Shown piece after piece: positions 1 to 9,987 of a stretch of DNA of 64,000 bases. Where the stretch lies: NCBI GenBank assembly GCA_049324275.1, contig JBMOLG010000010.1, positions 147,977 through 211,976 on the forward strand. The letters are read 5' to 3'. Below the pieces are notes generated by a model. That model ran no database searches. It was not told the origin of the DNA and saw nothing but the letters and a program-made list of their open reading frames with translations. Within the stretch, counting starts at the first letter, position 1, and the number at the start of each line of letters is the position of its first letter. The stretch is from Nanobdellota archaeon. Its GTDB lineage: Archaea > Nanobdellota > Nanobdellia > Pacearchaeales > GW2011-AR1. The position numbers and the translations under genes are program-made.

Positions 1-477
1 TCCAATATTGTAAAAGCAACAAGCTATGAACATGACGAGTTTGGCAACACAACTGAAATTCCTGAAGTTGCCAAGAAAAATGCAGACGTGAGATTAGAAA
101 AAGGTGAGAAAATAAAAAAGGAGATAGAAAATTTAGAAATATTTAAAATTCATGGCAATAAAAATTCAAAAAATTTAATTGTCGGATGGGGCTCGACCAA
201 AGCCAACATTCTTGACGCAATGGATGAAATAAAAAATTTGGACGCAAAATTTCTTCAGATTCTTTATCTTGAGCCATTTTCTGATAAAATCAAACAGGAA
301 TTAAAACAGGCAAAAAAAATTATCTTGATAGAGAATAATTCAACTGCCCAGCTAGGGGATTTGATTGCAGAGAAGACTGGAATACTAATTGAAAAAGAAA
401 ACCAGATTCTAAGATATGACGGCAAGCCCTTTGCATCTGATGAATTAAAATTAAAGATAGAACAAAAATTAAAATGA
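1..477 (+). CDS. 2-oxoacid:ferredoxin oxidoreductase alpha subunit, C-terminal part (5' end lies outside the window)
   Basis: Frame 1 is open from base 1, with no stop before the GTG at 88. The tail 'GWGSTKANILDAMDEI...LQILYLEPFS...IILIENNSTAQLGDLI...RYDGKPF' is typical of Kor/Por-type alpha subunit C-termini. Its stop overlaps the next start (ATGA at 474-477). Confidence 0.75.
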   Translation, partial: SNIVKATSYEHDEFGNTTEIPEVAKKNADVRLEKGEKIKKEIENLEIFKIHGNKNSKNLIVGWGSTKANILDAMDEIKNLDAKFLQILYLEPFSDKIKQELKQAKKIILIENNSTAQLGDLIAEKTGILIEKENQILRYDGKPFASDELKLKIEQKLK

Positions 478-1325
478 AAGACCTAAATCAAATAAAGCAA
501 AATTTATCGACGAATAACGAAAATACATGGTGCCCTGGATGCTACAATTTTTTTATTCTTGAATCCATTAAAAGAGCAATTGCGAAATTGATTTTTGAAG
601 GAGAAAAGCAGGAAAATTTTGCCATGGTTACTGGGATTGGATGCCATGCGAAAATCTTTGATTATATCAATATAGCGGGGATTTATGGGTTGCATGGGCG
701 GAGCATCCCTACTGCTTTGGGAATAAAACTTGGAAACCCTCATCTGAAAGTTATCGCTTTTGCAGGTGATGGTGATACTTATTCAGAAGGGATGGAGCAT
801 TTTATTCATGCTGGAAGATTTAATTCTGATATGACTTTAATTGTTCATAATAATCAAACATTCGCACTTACAACAGGACAGGCAACACCAACTTCCCAAT
901 TGACCTATGCAAATAAATCAGAACCTCTTGGGGAATTTAATGAGCCTTTAAATCCTATAAAATTAGCCCTTGCTTCTAATATGTCGTTTGTTGCGAGATG
1001 CGATGCTTCAAATATCGAGCATACTGCAGAAGTTTTAGAGCAGGCAATCAAACATAAGGGGTTTTCTTTTGTTGAAATAATTCAGCCATGCCTGCAATTT
1101 AATACTAATGTAAAAAATCTAAAAGCTTCAATGTATAAAGTTGAAAACAAAAATGACATGAAAAAGGCATTAGAATTGTCTAACGAGTGGAATTATAATT
1201 CTGACAAGGGGAAAATTCCCATTGGAATAATTTACCAGGAACAGAGAAAAATTTTGGAAGAAAAATGGCCTCAGCTTTTAGATTTAATTCAAAATAAAAA
1301 AGTCTGGAAAGACTTGAAAAAATAA
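474..1325 (+). CDS. 2-oxoacid:ferredoxin oxidoreductase beta subunit (TPP-binding)
   Basis: N-terminal 'WCPGCYNF', then 'GIGCHAKI', 'GRSIPTALGIKL' and the TPP motif 'AFAGDGDTYSEGMEHFIHAGRFNSDMTLIVHNNQTFALTTGQATPTS'. Translationally coupled to the alpha subunit. Confidence 0.85.
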   Translation: MKDLNQIKQNLSTNNENTWCPGCYNFFILESIKRAIAKLIFEGEKQENFAMVTGIGCHAKIFDYINIAGIYGLHGRSIPTALGIKLGNPHLKVIAFAGDGDTYSEGMEHFIHAGRFNSDMTLIVHNNQTFALTTGQATPTSQLTYANKSEPLGEFNEPLNPIKLALASNMSFVARCDASNIEHTAEVLEQAIKHKGFSFVEIIQPCLQFNTNVKNLKASMYKVENKNDMKKALELSNEWNYNSDKGKIPIGIIYQEQRKILEEKWPQLLDLIQNKKVWKDLKK

Positions 1326-2438
1326 TTATTCACGCTTTAATATTTTCTTTCCCAAATTAACCATGAGACTTTTAATAAAATTTTCTTTCAGATAGATTGC
1401 ATTATTTGGGCAGACTTCAATACAACAGAAGCATTTTATGCATTTCTCATTCATGCAATTTAAAGAGTTATTATTAAAAGAGATGGCATTAATCGGGCAT
1501 TTTTTTTCACATAGCCTGCATAACTTGCATTTGTCCCTATTGATTTTTATTTTTGGATTTGGAAATAATCTCAACATAAAAAATGCCAATTTTGGAAATG
1601 AATTCGGTTTTTGAAAATTTAATTTAACATCTTTCCCGCTACCTAAAACTTTTATCTGTTCTCTTTTTATTTTTGACAGCTTATTTGTGTATATCTTAAA
1701 AGGCTTGAATCCCATTATTTCCGATGCTATTATATCTGTTGCCTCTGCATTTGTCCCTGCAATAATCAATTGAGACTTTGTTTTTTTCCCTGCTTTTCCA
1801 GGACCTTCTCCTTCTATTCCTTCTATTCCGTCAATTATATTTAATTCAGGTTTGACCTCTTCATATATTCTAAATAACAAATCTGAAAATTCTTTTGCAT
1901 TTGGGAATAGTTTATGGTAAAAAGATTTTGTTTTGCCAGGGACAAGGCCATAAAGATTCTTTATGCATAAGCTCACGCCTGTAAGCCCATGAGTTTTCAT
2001 TTTCGCGACATTGATGACAATATCAAAGTCAAATACGGTCTTTGTTAGAATTATTTTTTTATCCTTGAAGCTGATTATTTTTTTATCATAATCTTCGAAA
2101 TTTATTATTGTAGCATATTTAGACAATTTTTTTATTCCACAGATTTCTAATGCATCTTTTGTATCATGCGAAGAACTATCCCCGATAAATATTTGTGCGT
2201 TAAACTTTTGCAGAATCTTGCATAACTCTTCTAAAATAATTGGATTAGTCGTAATCGCGTTTTCAGGCTTTTCAGGGATAAGAAGGTTTGGCTTGATGAG
2301 AACTTTCATATTTTTTTTAAGTTTAAAATCAATATTTCTTAGGCTGTTATCTAATGCTTTCTTGACTCTTTCCCTATCATAACTTTGACATTTTTCAATG
2401 CTGACTTTATAACTTGAACAATTTTTTTGCATTTCCAA
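1326..2438 (-). CDS. DUF362-like protein with C-terminal 2x[4Fe-4S] ferredoxin domain
   Basis: 'MKVLIKPNLL' and a glycine-rich 'IDGIEGIEGEGPG' body fit the DUF362 type. Two CxxCxxCxxxCP motifs are present ('CKLCRLCEKKCP', 'CIKCFCCIEVCP'). The start may be an internal Met, because the annotated start overlaps the tatD stop by 32 nt. Confidence 0.7.
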   Translation of the reverse strand: MEMQKNCSSYKVSIEKCQSYDRERVKKALDNSLRNIDFKLKKNMKVLIKPNLLIPEKPENAITTNPIILEELCKILQKFNAQIFIGDSSSHDTKDALEICGIKKLSKYATIINFEDYDKKIISFKDKKIILTKTVFDFDIVINVAKMKTHGLTGVSLCIKNLYGLVPGKTKSFYHKLFPNAKEFSDLLFRIYEEVKPELNIIDGIEGIEGEGPGKAGKKTKSQLIIAGTNAEATDIIASEIMGFKPFKIYTNKLSKIKREQIKVLGSGKDVKLNFQKPNSFPKLAFFMLRLFPNPKIKINRDKCKLCRLCEKKCPINAISFNNNSLNCMNEKCIKCFCCIEVCPNNAIYLKENFIKSLMVNLGKKILKRE

Positions 2439-3204
2439 ATATTTGCACTGACGCTTCCTCTTTTGTTATTCTTTTTATTTTTGCAATTTCTTCAATTGTG
2501 ACTGCTATGTTTGCTGGTTCATTCCTTTCGCCGGGTGAATGAGATAGAAACGGAGAATCTGTCTCTGTTAATATTTGTTTTATATCGACGATTTCAGTTA
2601 AAATTTTGAAATGATTCAATCTTTTTATTATTGGCGGAATTGAAAAAAACCAGCCATTTTCAAAACTTCTTCTTATTAATTTTTTGTTTCCCATAAAGCA
2701 ATGCATCACAACATTTTTTATTTTGGAAGTTTCCAGGATTTCAATTGCATCTTGTTCTGCTTTTCTTGAATGCACAACTATTGGCTTATTCATTCTTTCT
2801 GCTAATTCTATCATGCTAAGAAAAATTTTTTTCTGTTCATTCTCTTTTCCCTGTATCCAGAAATAATCCAAACCGCATTCGCCAATTGCGACGCATTCAT
2901 TTTTATTTTTTTCAATCCATTCAATTTCTTTATTAATACTGAATGGCTTTGCTGTCGGAAAATTCAGTTTTTTATTGAGTTCGGGATTATTGGCTAATAA
3001 AGCGTCAATTGCAAGTATTCCAAAGCTTGGCTTAATAATATCAAATTTTTTTGAGAGCTCGAGGCTTTTTCTGTTATTTTCAGGCATTGTGCCTGCATTT
3101 ATTATTTTTTTTACTCCGGCTTTTTTTGCCCTTTCGATTACTTTATCCAAATCTTTTTCAAAATCTTTATGTTCTAAATGGGCATGCACATCAATAATAT
3201 TCAT
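2407..3204 (-). CDS. tatD: TatD-family metal-dependent hydrolase/DNase
   Basis: 'IDVHAHLEH', 'IGECGLDYFW', 'VVHSRKA', 'VMHCF' and 'LTETDSPFL' are the canonical TatD metal-ligand motifs, in the expected order. Confidence 0.85.
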   Translation of the reverse strand: MNIIDVHAHLEHKDFEKDLDKVIERAKKAGVKKIINAGTMPENNRKSLELSKKFDIIKPSFGILAIDALLANNPELNKKLNFPTAKPFSINKEIEWIEKNKNECVAIGECGLDYFWIQGKENEQKKIFLSMIELAERMNKPIVVHSRKAEQDAIEILETSKIKNVVMHCFMGNKKLIRRSFENGWFFSIPPIIKRLNHFKILTEIVDIKQILTETDSPFLSHSPGERNEPANIAVTIEEIAKIKRITKEEASVQIFGNAKKLFKL

Positions 3205-3254
3205 GAATATTTTAGAAGGTTAAGTTATATAAATGTAATTCATAAAAAAATATC

Positions 3255-3838
3255 ATGGTAAGCTTAAATGAGAAAAATTGTATAATTGTTCATGGTTGTA
3301 GCATCTATAGAAAAGAAAAATTAGCTAGGGGGAAATCTCTACCAAATATGAATCATTGGATTCCCTGGATAAAAAATGAACTTGAAACAAATGGCATTGT
3401 ACCCTATGCTCTGCTTATGCCTAAAGATTGGAAACCAAATTATAACGAATGGAAAAAGGAATTTGAAAAAATAAACATAACTAATGATTCGATCCTGGTT
3501 GGTCATAGCGCTGGTTGTACTTTTCTGCTCCATTGGTTAAGTGAGGCGAAAAGAGAAGTGAATAAATTGATTTTAGTTTCACCTCGCTAATTCTTGAAGA
3601 TAAATTTAGGGCATTAAAAGAATTATATGACTTCGAATTAAATCAGGAAATTAAAAATTTTGTTGACAAAATATTTATTTTTATTTCAAATGATGAAAAT
3701 CACATTATTAAATCATCACAGATATTAAGCAAAAAATTTTATATAACCCCTATTGAATTAATAGGAAAAGGGCATTTTACATTTAAAGATATGAAAACAG
3801 AAAAATTTCCTGAACTTTTAAGTGTTATTTTGAATTAA
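3255..3838 (+). pseudogene. YdeN/RBBP9-like alpha/beta serine hydrolase, interrupted by a frameshift
   Basis: The N-terminal ORF (3255-3590) carries the nucleophile elbow 'LVGHSAGC' and ends at a TAA. The family's C-terminal half ('IFIFISNDENHII...LIGKGHFT') continues without a start codon in another frame, which is open 3566-3838. Confidence 0.55.
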
Positions 3839-3844
3839 TCCTTT

Positions 3845-5326
3845 TTATTTTTGTAAAGACTGAATATAACTCTCAGGAATAGGAAGGGGAAAAACCTGCT
3901 GTTCTCTCCATAGTTGAGCCCTTACAAATTGAGATACAGGAACTTCTGCTTTTCTTTTAAAACAAATCGGCTCTGGTTTTGCACACATTCCGATGCTGTA
4001 ACTATGATCTTCAAGTAATTCGAGATTTGACAAGGCATTTAATATGCCTCCTGTAACTTGAACTGGAGGTATTCTTTGCAATTCTGAGTTATTTAGAATA
4101 TAACATTCGTGTGAAGTTAATCGAAAGGTCTTAAGGTCAGAGTCTGTATCTCCGCTTTGTGGAATCATAATTAATTTTTCTTCTAAATCTAAATTTTTTG
4201 TTATGCCGTCCAAAACTGTGCAGCTCATCCTTGATTGAGGAAACATTCCATCGATAAACTGTGACGCATTTCCCGGACGGGAGCCATTTCCGATTCCCAT
4301 ATAATCATTTAATTTTTCTAAATCAGCATATTCACTACCTAAAAATTCATTGACTTGGCCATTTTCTATATGCGTTTTGCTTTCTCTTTTCCTTCCATAA
4401 GCATCAAAATAGGTAAATCCTATTGGTCTAAATTCAGCAATAGTTGTATTTGCATCGTCTTTCAATAGAAGATTTACATTCTTTAATCTTTGCATGATCC
4501 TAAATGGATTTGATTCTCCAAAATTTAAACATCTGATCGGCTCTTCGAAATGATGTCCGAATATTTCATGTATCGGAACTCCATTTAAAATTACTATATC
4601 ATAAATCCCCTGCCGTAGATTTTTGCATTCTATCTTACTGGAAACATTATATATTTCATTCAAGGCTTTAAAAAATGTATTAGCATTTCTAATTCTTTTA
4701 TCAGGCGTAGGGTCAGGGAGATATTTTATAATATTATACAAATTTTTCATTTCTTCTTTAGAATTGCATGCAACCCCTATATGCCTATTAACGTCTAATG
4801 GATTGTATCCTTGTGCATAGGAAATATGAAAAAAAGGAATACTTTGAATTTTTATTCCTCCTTTTGAATTTACAACTATCTTTTGTTCAATAGTAAGCCA
4901 TCTTGTTATCTTTACATCCTTGTGCTCTTTTGTAAAATCCTGAAATTCTTCATCATAAAAATTTATATGTGAAGGGTTCTTTTCATAAAAAATGAGCTTA
5001 TCTTCTGGCAATGGAATCTCTTTCTGCAAGAATTTGAATCTACATCCTGTAAGAGCCCCTGAAGTTGATATTTGCTTTAAATTGTGTTTGAATACATCAT
5101 CTGAATTCGTCGTAAAATATATTCCGGAATCCATGTCTTCTTTATTTAAATTACAAGACCTATTTGTCCAGCATGTTTTTTTCCCGTCTATAAAATGGGC
5201 GCCGGTTGTTAAAAGCCGAAAGCATCTGTAAATTACCTTTGTTTTTGAATCTTTTATTTCATCATGCATAGCCTGAGCTATGTCTTCCAAGTCGGATTTT
5301 GTTTTTATCAATTCTTTAAAAGCCAT
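3845..5326 (-). CDS. TldD/PmbA-family putative metallopeptidase (divergent)
   Basis: HExxxH-type motif 'IHEIFGHHFEEP' (compare TldD HEAVGHGLE) and a C-terminal 'GMCAKPEP...AEVPVSQ' resembling the TldD/PmbA 'GxC...vPvs' end motif. Confidence 0.6.
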   Translation of the reverse strand: MAFKELIKTKSDLEDIAQAMHDEIKDSKTKVIYRCFRLLTTGAHFIDGKKTCWTNRSCNLNKEDMDSGIYFTTNSDDVFKHNLKQISTSGALTGCRFKFLQKEIPLPEDKLIFYEKNPSHINFYDEEFQDFTKEHKDVKITRWLTIEQKIVVNSKGGIKIQSIPFFHISYAQGYNPLDVNRHIGVACNSKEEMKNLYNIIKYLPDPTPDKRIRNANTFFKALNEIYNVSSKIECKNLRQGIYDIVILNGVPIHEIFGHHFEEPIRCLNFGESNPFRIMQRLKNVNLLLKDDANTTIAEFRPIGFTYFDAYGRKRESKTHIENGQVNEFLGSEYADLEKLNDYMGIGNGSRPGNASQFIDGMFPQSRMSCTVLDGITKNLDLEEKLIMIPQSGDTDSDLKTFRLTSHECYILNNSELQRIPPVQVTGGILNALSNLELLEDHSYSIGMCAKPEPICFKRKAEVPVSQFVRAQLWREQQVFPLPIPESYIQSLQK

Positions 5327-5346
5327 TTTTTTAAAGATAGATCTTG

Positions 5347-5374
5347 CTTTATAAGTTTTACTACTTTAAAGTTT
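5347..5374 (-). promoter_or_regulatory. TATA-like box plus adjacent TTACTACT...AAAGTT element upstream of 3845-5326
   Basis: On the plus strand, 'ctttataag' (5347-5355) ends 20 nt from the CAT start codon (5324-5326). It is followed directly by 'ttttactactttaaagttt'. This is a variant of the element seen at four other orphan genes, but about 10 nt closer to the TATA box. Confidence 0.4.
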
Positions 5375-5435
5375 ACCAACTAATTGAAACAATTTTCATC
5401 AAATAATTTAAATATCCCCTAAAATTGAAATTAAA

Positions 5436-8153
5436 ATGGGAAACTTAGATTTTCAAAAGATTGAAAAAAAATGGCAGGATAAATGGGATAAATCAAAAAT
5501 ATTCGAAGCTGATATAGTTAAAAATAAAGAAAAATTTTTTTTTACAACCCCTTATCCTTACATTTCAGGAAGCCTGCATATTGGTCACGGCAGGGCTGCA
5601 ATTGAAAGTGATATTTATTGCAGATTTTTAAGAATGCGTGGATATAATGTTCTGTATCCTCTTGCTTTTCATATTTCTGGAACCCCTATTTTGGGAATTT
5701 CTGCTGCAATCAAAAATAAGGATGAAAACAGGATAAAACTTTATGAGGGATACGTTTCTGCATATGAAATTGACAAAAAGAAAATTAAAGAGATTGTAAA
5801 ATCATTTACAGAGCCACAAAATATTGTTGATTTTTTCATTCCCAAGATGATGGAAGAATATAAGCAATTGGGCTTGAGTATAGATTGGCGAAGGCGTTTT
5901 ACTTCCGGAGATATAGAACATCAGCAAATGGTTACATGGCAATTTGAAAAATACAAGGAAAAGAATTTTTTGATAAAGGAAAAATATCCTGTGCTTTATT
6001 GCCCTCAGGATGAGAGCGCAATGGGAGAAGATGACATTCAGGATGGGGATGCAAACCCTGTTGAAAAACAAGAATTCACTCTTTTAAAATTTAAATTCAA
6101 AAATAAATTTTTGGTTGCAGCAACATTGAGACCTGAAACTATTTATGGGCAGACTAACTTATGGATGAATCCCTCTATCAAATATGTAGAAGCAAGTGTA
6201 GGCAATGAGATCTGGATTCTAAGCCCCGAAGGGCTTGCAAAACTAAAATATCAAAGGAGTGATATAAAAGAAATAGGCAAATCGAAAGAAAAATTTTTAG
6301 GCGAGAAAGCTATTGCTCCAGGAATAGAAAGGGAAGTGCTTATTTTGCCTTCAAGATTTGTTGATACAGACATTGGGACTGGAATTGTCACATCTGTTCC
6401 AAGCGATGCGCCTTATGATTATGTTGCTTTGCGGGAATTGCAGGACAACAAAAATCTTGAAAAAGAATATGGATTTAACCTTGATCAGATTGAAGAAATT
6501 GAATCTTTGGAAATAATCCCAATCATTAACACAAAAAAATTTGGAGATAAAGCGGGCGTTGAAGTTGTCGAGAAAGCAGGCATTTTTAGGCAAGATGATC
6601 CTCTATTGGAAAAATTGACTCAGGAGGTTTATAAGGAGGGATATCATAATGGAACTTTGCTTGATATATGTGGAACTTATGCTGGCATGAGGGTAATTGA
6701 AGCTAAGGAGAAGATGAAGCAGGATTTAATCAGGAAGCATGAAGCTGATATAATGTATGAAACTTCCAGAAAGGCATTTTCCAGGAGTGGGGGGAAAGTT
6801 CTTGTCGCTGTTTTGGATAATCAATGGTTTTTGAATTTTAATGCAAATGAATGGAAACAGAAAGCTTATGAATGCCTTAAACACATTGAGGTGGAGCCGG
6901 AATTAATGAGAAAACAATTTGAAGATACTTTTGCCTGGCTTGATAAAAGGCCTTGCGCGAGAAAAAGGGGACTTGGGACTAAATTTCCATTTGATAAAAG
7001 TTGGGTCATTGAATCTTTATCTGACTCTACTATCTATATGACGCTTTATACTATTAAGCATCTTATTAAAAAATATAAATTGACAAAAGAAAATTTGAAT
7101 TATGATTTTTTTGAATATCTTTATCTTGGAAAAGGTGATCTAAAATCTGTCAGCAAAAAAACAGGCGTGAAGGAAAACATCCTGAAAGAACTAAAAGAAA
7201 ATTTTGAATATTGGATGCCTGTAGATCATAGGCATACTTTCTCGCTCCACCTTTCAAATCATCTCTCATTTATGATTTTTGCATTCGCTGGATTAATGCC
7301 TGAAAAATATTGGCCAAAAAAAATCAGCTTTCATGGGCTTGTTGTGAGTGATGGAATAAAAATGAGCAAAAGCAAGGGAAACGTAATTACCCTTTTGGAT
7401 GTCAAGAAAAATTATGGGGCTGATACATTTAGATTTTATCTGACACAATCTACTACAATTAATGGGACATTTGACTGGAGACAGTCAGAGGCTGAAAATG
7501 CAAAGAACAATATTGAAAAATTATTTGAAGCTATCAGCGAGGCGATTGAAAAAAGAAAAAAGGGTAATGTCAAGGAAATTTTTGTGCATAAATTCAATAA
7601 AATCATAAAACTGGCAACTGAAAAAATCGAAGCAATGCAATTAAGGGAATATAATAATTTTGTTGTTTATGACATGCTTAATCTTGCTAAGACTGCAAAA
7701 TTATCTTTACCTGAAAAAGAACTTCGCGCTTTTTATAATATGATTGCAGGGGACTGGATAAAATTAATTGCTCCAGTCTGCCCTCATATTGCCGAAGAGC
7801 TTTGGGAAAAATTTAGCAAGAAAGGTTTTGCAAGCATTGAAAAATGGCCTGTAGCAGATGAAGGTAAAATTGATGACAAGCTCGAGAAAAAGGAAAAATC
7901 AATAGAAAGACTTATCGAAGACATTAATCATATTTCAAAATTAATAAAAGAAAAGCAATCCAAGGAAGCAAAAAAAGCTTATGTATATATCCTTCCCAAT
8001 GAAAAAAGTGTTTATGAAGACTCCTTGAATTTAATTGAAAATAAAACAAATATGAAAATTAAAATCTTCGCTGTCAACGATAGAGATAAGTACGACCCCG
8101 AATCAAAAGCTTCGAAGGCAAAGCCTGAGAAGCCTGCGATTTATATTGAATGA
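5436..8153 (+). CDS. leuS: Leucyl-tRNA synthetase, archaeal/eukaryotic type
   Basis: HIGH motif 'SGSLHIGHGR', KMSKS motif 'IKMSKSKGN', the CP1 editing region and a long C-terminal domain. Length 905 aa. Confidence 0.95.
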   Translation: MGNLDFQKIEKKWQDKWDKSKIFEADIVKNKEKFFFTTPYPYISGSLHIGHGRAAIESDIYCRFLRMRGYNVLYPLAFHISGTPILGISAAIKNKDENRIKLYEGYVSAYEIDKKKIKEIVKSFTEPQNIVDFFIPKMMEEYKQLGLSIDWRRRFTSGDIEHQQMVTWQFEKYKEKNFLIKEKYPVLYCPQDESAMGEDDIQDGDANPVEKQEFTLLKFKFKNKFLVAATLRPETIYGQTNLWMNPSIKYVEASVGNEIWILSPEGLAKLKYQRSDIKEIGKSKEKFLGEKAIAPGIEREVLILPSRFVDTDIGTGIVTSVPSDAPYDYVALRELQDNKNLEKEYGFNLDQIEEIESLEIIPIINTKKFGDKAGVEVVEKAGIFRQDDPLLEKLTQEVYKEGYHNGTLLDICGTYAGMRVIEAKEKMKQDLIRKHEADIMYETSRKAFSRSGGKVLVAVLDNQWFLNFNANEWKQKAYECLKHIEVEPELMRKQFEDTFAWLDKRPCARKRGLGTKFPFDKSWVIESLSDSTIYMTLYTIKHLIKKYKLTKENLNYDFFEYLYLGKGDLKSVSKKTGVKENILKELKENFEYWMPVDHRHTFSLHLSNHLSFMIFAFAGLMPEKYWPKKISFHGLVVSDGIKMSKSKGNVITLLDVKKNYGADTFRFYLTQSTTINGTFDWRQSEAENAKNNIEKLFEAISEAIEKRKKGNVKEIFVHKFNKIIKLATEKIEAMQLREYNNFVVYDMLNLAKTAKLSLPEKELRAFYNMIAGDWIKLIAPVCPHIAEELWEKFSKKGFASIEKWPVADEGKIDDKLEKKEKSIERLIEDINHISKLIKEKQSKEAKKAYVYILPNEKSVYEDSLNLIENKTNMKIKIFAVNDRDKYDPESKASKAKPEKPAIYIE

Positions 8154-8537
8154 TCAATCTTCTTTATATTTTTCATAAAGGCTTATACAGGCATTAAGCG
8201 CCTCTTTGCCCAATCTTGTGTCTAAAAATTTTCCGCTTGGCAAAAAAACATTCTTTTCATTTAATGTTATTAAATCTTTGATTGAATATTGATTTGAGTT
8301 TAATCCTATATATTCTGAAAGTGCTTTTTGATCAGTTTTAACCAATTGCTCATTATTGCAAATCTTTTTTGAAATAAAAAAGTTTTCAAAACTTTCCCCT
8401 GCAGTTCTTTTAGTTTCGATAATATGACCCTGCTTTATTGGAATTAAAATAATCTTTTCATTTGCATTAAACAGCAAATCATCTACTCGTATATGATTCA
8501 TAGAAAAATATCCCTCTAAACTAATTTTTGTGCTCAA
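8154..8537 (-). CDS. Hypothetical protein (frame stays open upstream to 8657; possibly the 3' part of a frameshifted gene)
   Basis: The ORF track starts at a TTG. The same frame reads 'NGDRNSEIEYIQKAAEILKKHKHPGFAASLIDFY' upstream of that TTG without any ATG. Confidence 0.4.
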   Translation of the reverse strand: MSTKISLEGYFSMNHIRVDDLLFNANEKIILIPIKQGHIIETKRTAGESFENFFISKKICNNEQLVKTDQKALSEYIGLNSNQYSIKDLITLNEKNVFLPSGKFLDTRLGKEALNACISLYEKYKED

Positions 8538-8628
8538 ATAAAAGTCTATTAAAGATGCTGCAAAACCAGGATGCTTATGTTTTTTTAATATTTCCGCTGC
8601 TTTTTGTATATATTCTATTTCAGAATTT

Positions 8629-8811
8629 CTATCGCCATTTGTGAATTGATATGTAATTTAAATGCGGACTATTTTCTCTATTTTCATGCAAACTTTTTCC
8701 ACATAGATTTCCTATTAAATCTAAGTATAGCAGATTTAATACAAAATCCTGCTTTTCTTTTTCTTTACCTTTTAAATTGTCTTCCAATTCAGTTAATTTT
8801 GTTAAATCCAT
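8629..8811 (-). CDS. Hypothetical 60-aa ORF (possibly the 5' part of a frameshifted gene continuing in 8154-8657)
   Basis: The ATG at 8811 lies exactly 20 nt downstream of a TATA-like box and has the conserved upstream element. The ORF overlaps the open frame of the next ORF by 29 nt in a +1 relationship. Confidence 0.35.
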   Translation of the reverse strand: MDLTKLTELEDNLKGKEKEKQDFVLNLLYLDLIGNLCGKSLHENRENSPHLNYISIHKWR

Positions 8812-8831
8812 TTGAATTTAATCTTTAGATT

Positions 8832-8868
8832 ATTTATAAACTTTATTATTTGTTATTACTTATTAATT
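8832..8868 (-). promoter_or_regulatory. TATA-like box plus conserved upstream element (TGTTATTACT...)
   Basis: Plus strand 'atttataaa' (8832-8840) lies 20 nt from the CAT at 8809-8811. 'tgttattacttattaatt' follows 10 nt further upstream (8851-8868). Confidence 0.45.
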
Positions 8869-8871
8869 ATA

Positions 8872-9987
8872 CTATTTTCTATTTGAATAATCTAAAATGT
8901 CCAATAACGCAATTAATGGGGTTCTTCCAAGCTGTAATTGGGCTTGCAAGAACAGCCCCTTGAATAAGTCATCTAAATCATTTGGCATGAAGATTGCTGA
9001 AATTTCTTTTTTATTATTCTCATAAGTTTGAGAAAATATTAATTCCTTATTTGGCCCCACAAATACGTAATATTGCTTTATTGTCCTGGTTAAAATTATC
9101 TCAGAACTTGATTCTCTTGTTAAATATTCTGAATCCAATTTGGGAATTGGCCTATCCCAACAGCGAAAGAGCTTTTCAGTACTTTTTTCAAGCCCCGTAA
9201 AATGTTCGGCGCATCCTTCTCCGAAAAAATTTGATGAATTGCCAGAGTTTGCAAGAAAGCTAATAATTTTATCTTTATACAAAAATTCAGATTTTATTTT
9301 TTCCTGAGAAGAATACTTTAGCAGGATGATTAAAAAATCTGCCTCTGTAGAATCTGCTGCAAAGATTCCATAAGAATCACTTAATTTTGGTCTATAAGAG
9401 ATTAAATTTGCGAAAGGATCTAATGTTTTATATTGTGTTATATCCTCCTGATTTATTATCAAATCATAGTTATCGGTTCCGCCTATATAATTCCTGAACG
9501 TTTTATTTAATGCATTAGATATCCAACTATATCCCTTAGGGGGTTTGCTATTCTTAGAAATCATATATGCACCTATTGAACCATTTAACTCAATAATATT
9601 TGTAAATTGAAATTTTTCAGGCTTGCTTATTTCTTGTGGAGACAAAATAAAACTTGTATAATAGCCCATGAATAAAAGCAAATCCTCAAGCTCTATTTTT
9701 TCTTTAACTTTTTTCTCTTTTTCAATTGTCCAATAAAACTTTTCATATGCTTCAAACATTTGATTTAATTTTCTTTTTAATTCATCTGTCCATGACGAGA
9801 AATACCCTTTAAATTTCATCTGTTGCTGATAATATTTAAGATCTTCTTCAAATAAGAATCCGATAGCATTTAATGGATTGTTGTCTTCTTTTAGCAAATA
9901 GTCTATTTTTTCTACTAATCCCGAATTATTTAATTTTGACATTACATCAGGATAGAGAAGATAATCTTTCATTCTTCTATATTGCAT
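8872..9987 (-). CDS. Hypothetical protein
   Basis: Long uninterrupted ORF of 371 aa with ordinary composition. I recognise no motif. Confidence 0.5.
   Translation of the reverse strand: MQYRRMKDYLLYPDVMSKLNNSGLVEKIDYLLKEDNNPLNAIGFLFEEDLKYYQQQMKFKGYFSSWTDELKRKLNQMFEAYEKFYWTIEKEKKVKEKIELEDLLLFMGYYTSFILSPQEISKPEKFQFTNIIELNGSIGAYMISKNSKPPKGYSWISNALNKTFRNYIGGTDNYDLIINQEDITQYKTLDPFANLISYRPKLSDSYGIFAADSTEADFLIILLKYSSQEKIKSEFLYKDKIISFLANSGNSSNFFGEGCAEHFTGLEKSTEKLFRCWDRPIPKLDSEYLTRESSSEIILTRTIKQYYVFVGPNKELIFSQTYENNKKEISAIFMPNDLDDLFKGLFLQAQLQLGRTPLIALLDILDYSNRK

Noticed and set aside
504-743. Short antisense or out-of-frame ORFs inside well-supported genes
   Set aside because: These ORFs include 504-743, 2684-2866, 2975-3223, 3339-3533, 4623-4820, 4992-5231, 5802-6071, 6351-6593, 11699-11926, 12270-12458, 12884-13129, 13414-13707, 23080-23262, 31124-31306, 32900-33187, 58689-59435 and 62783-62977. 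All lie within genes that have strong motif evidence on the other strand or in another frame. Their translations are hydrophobic and low in complexity, as expected for AT-rich shadow frames.
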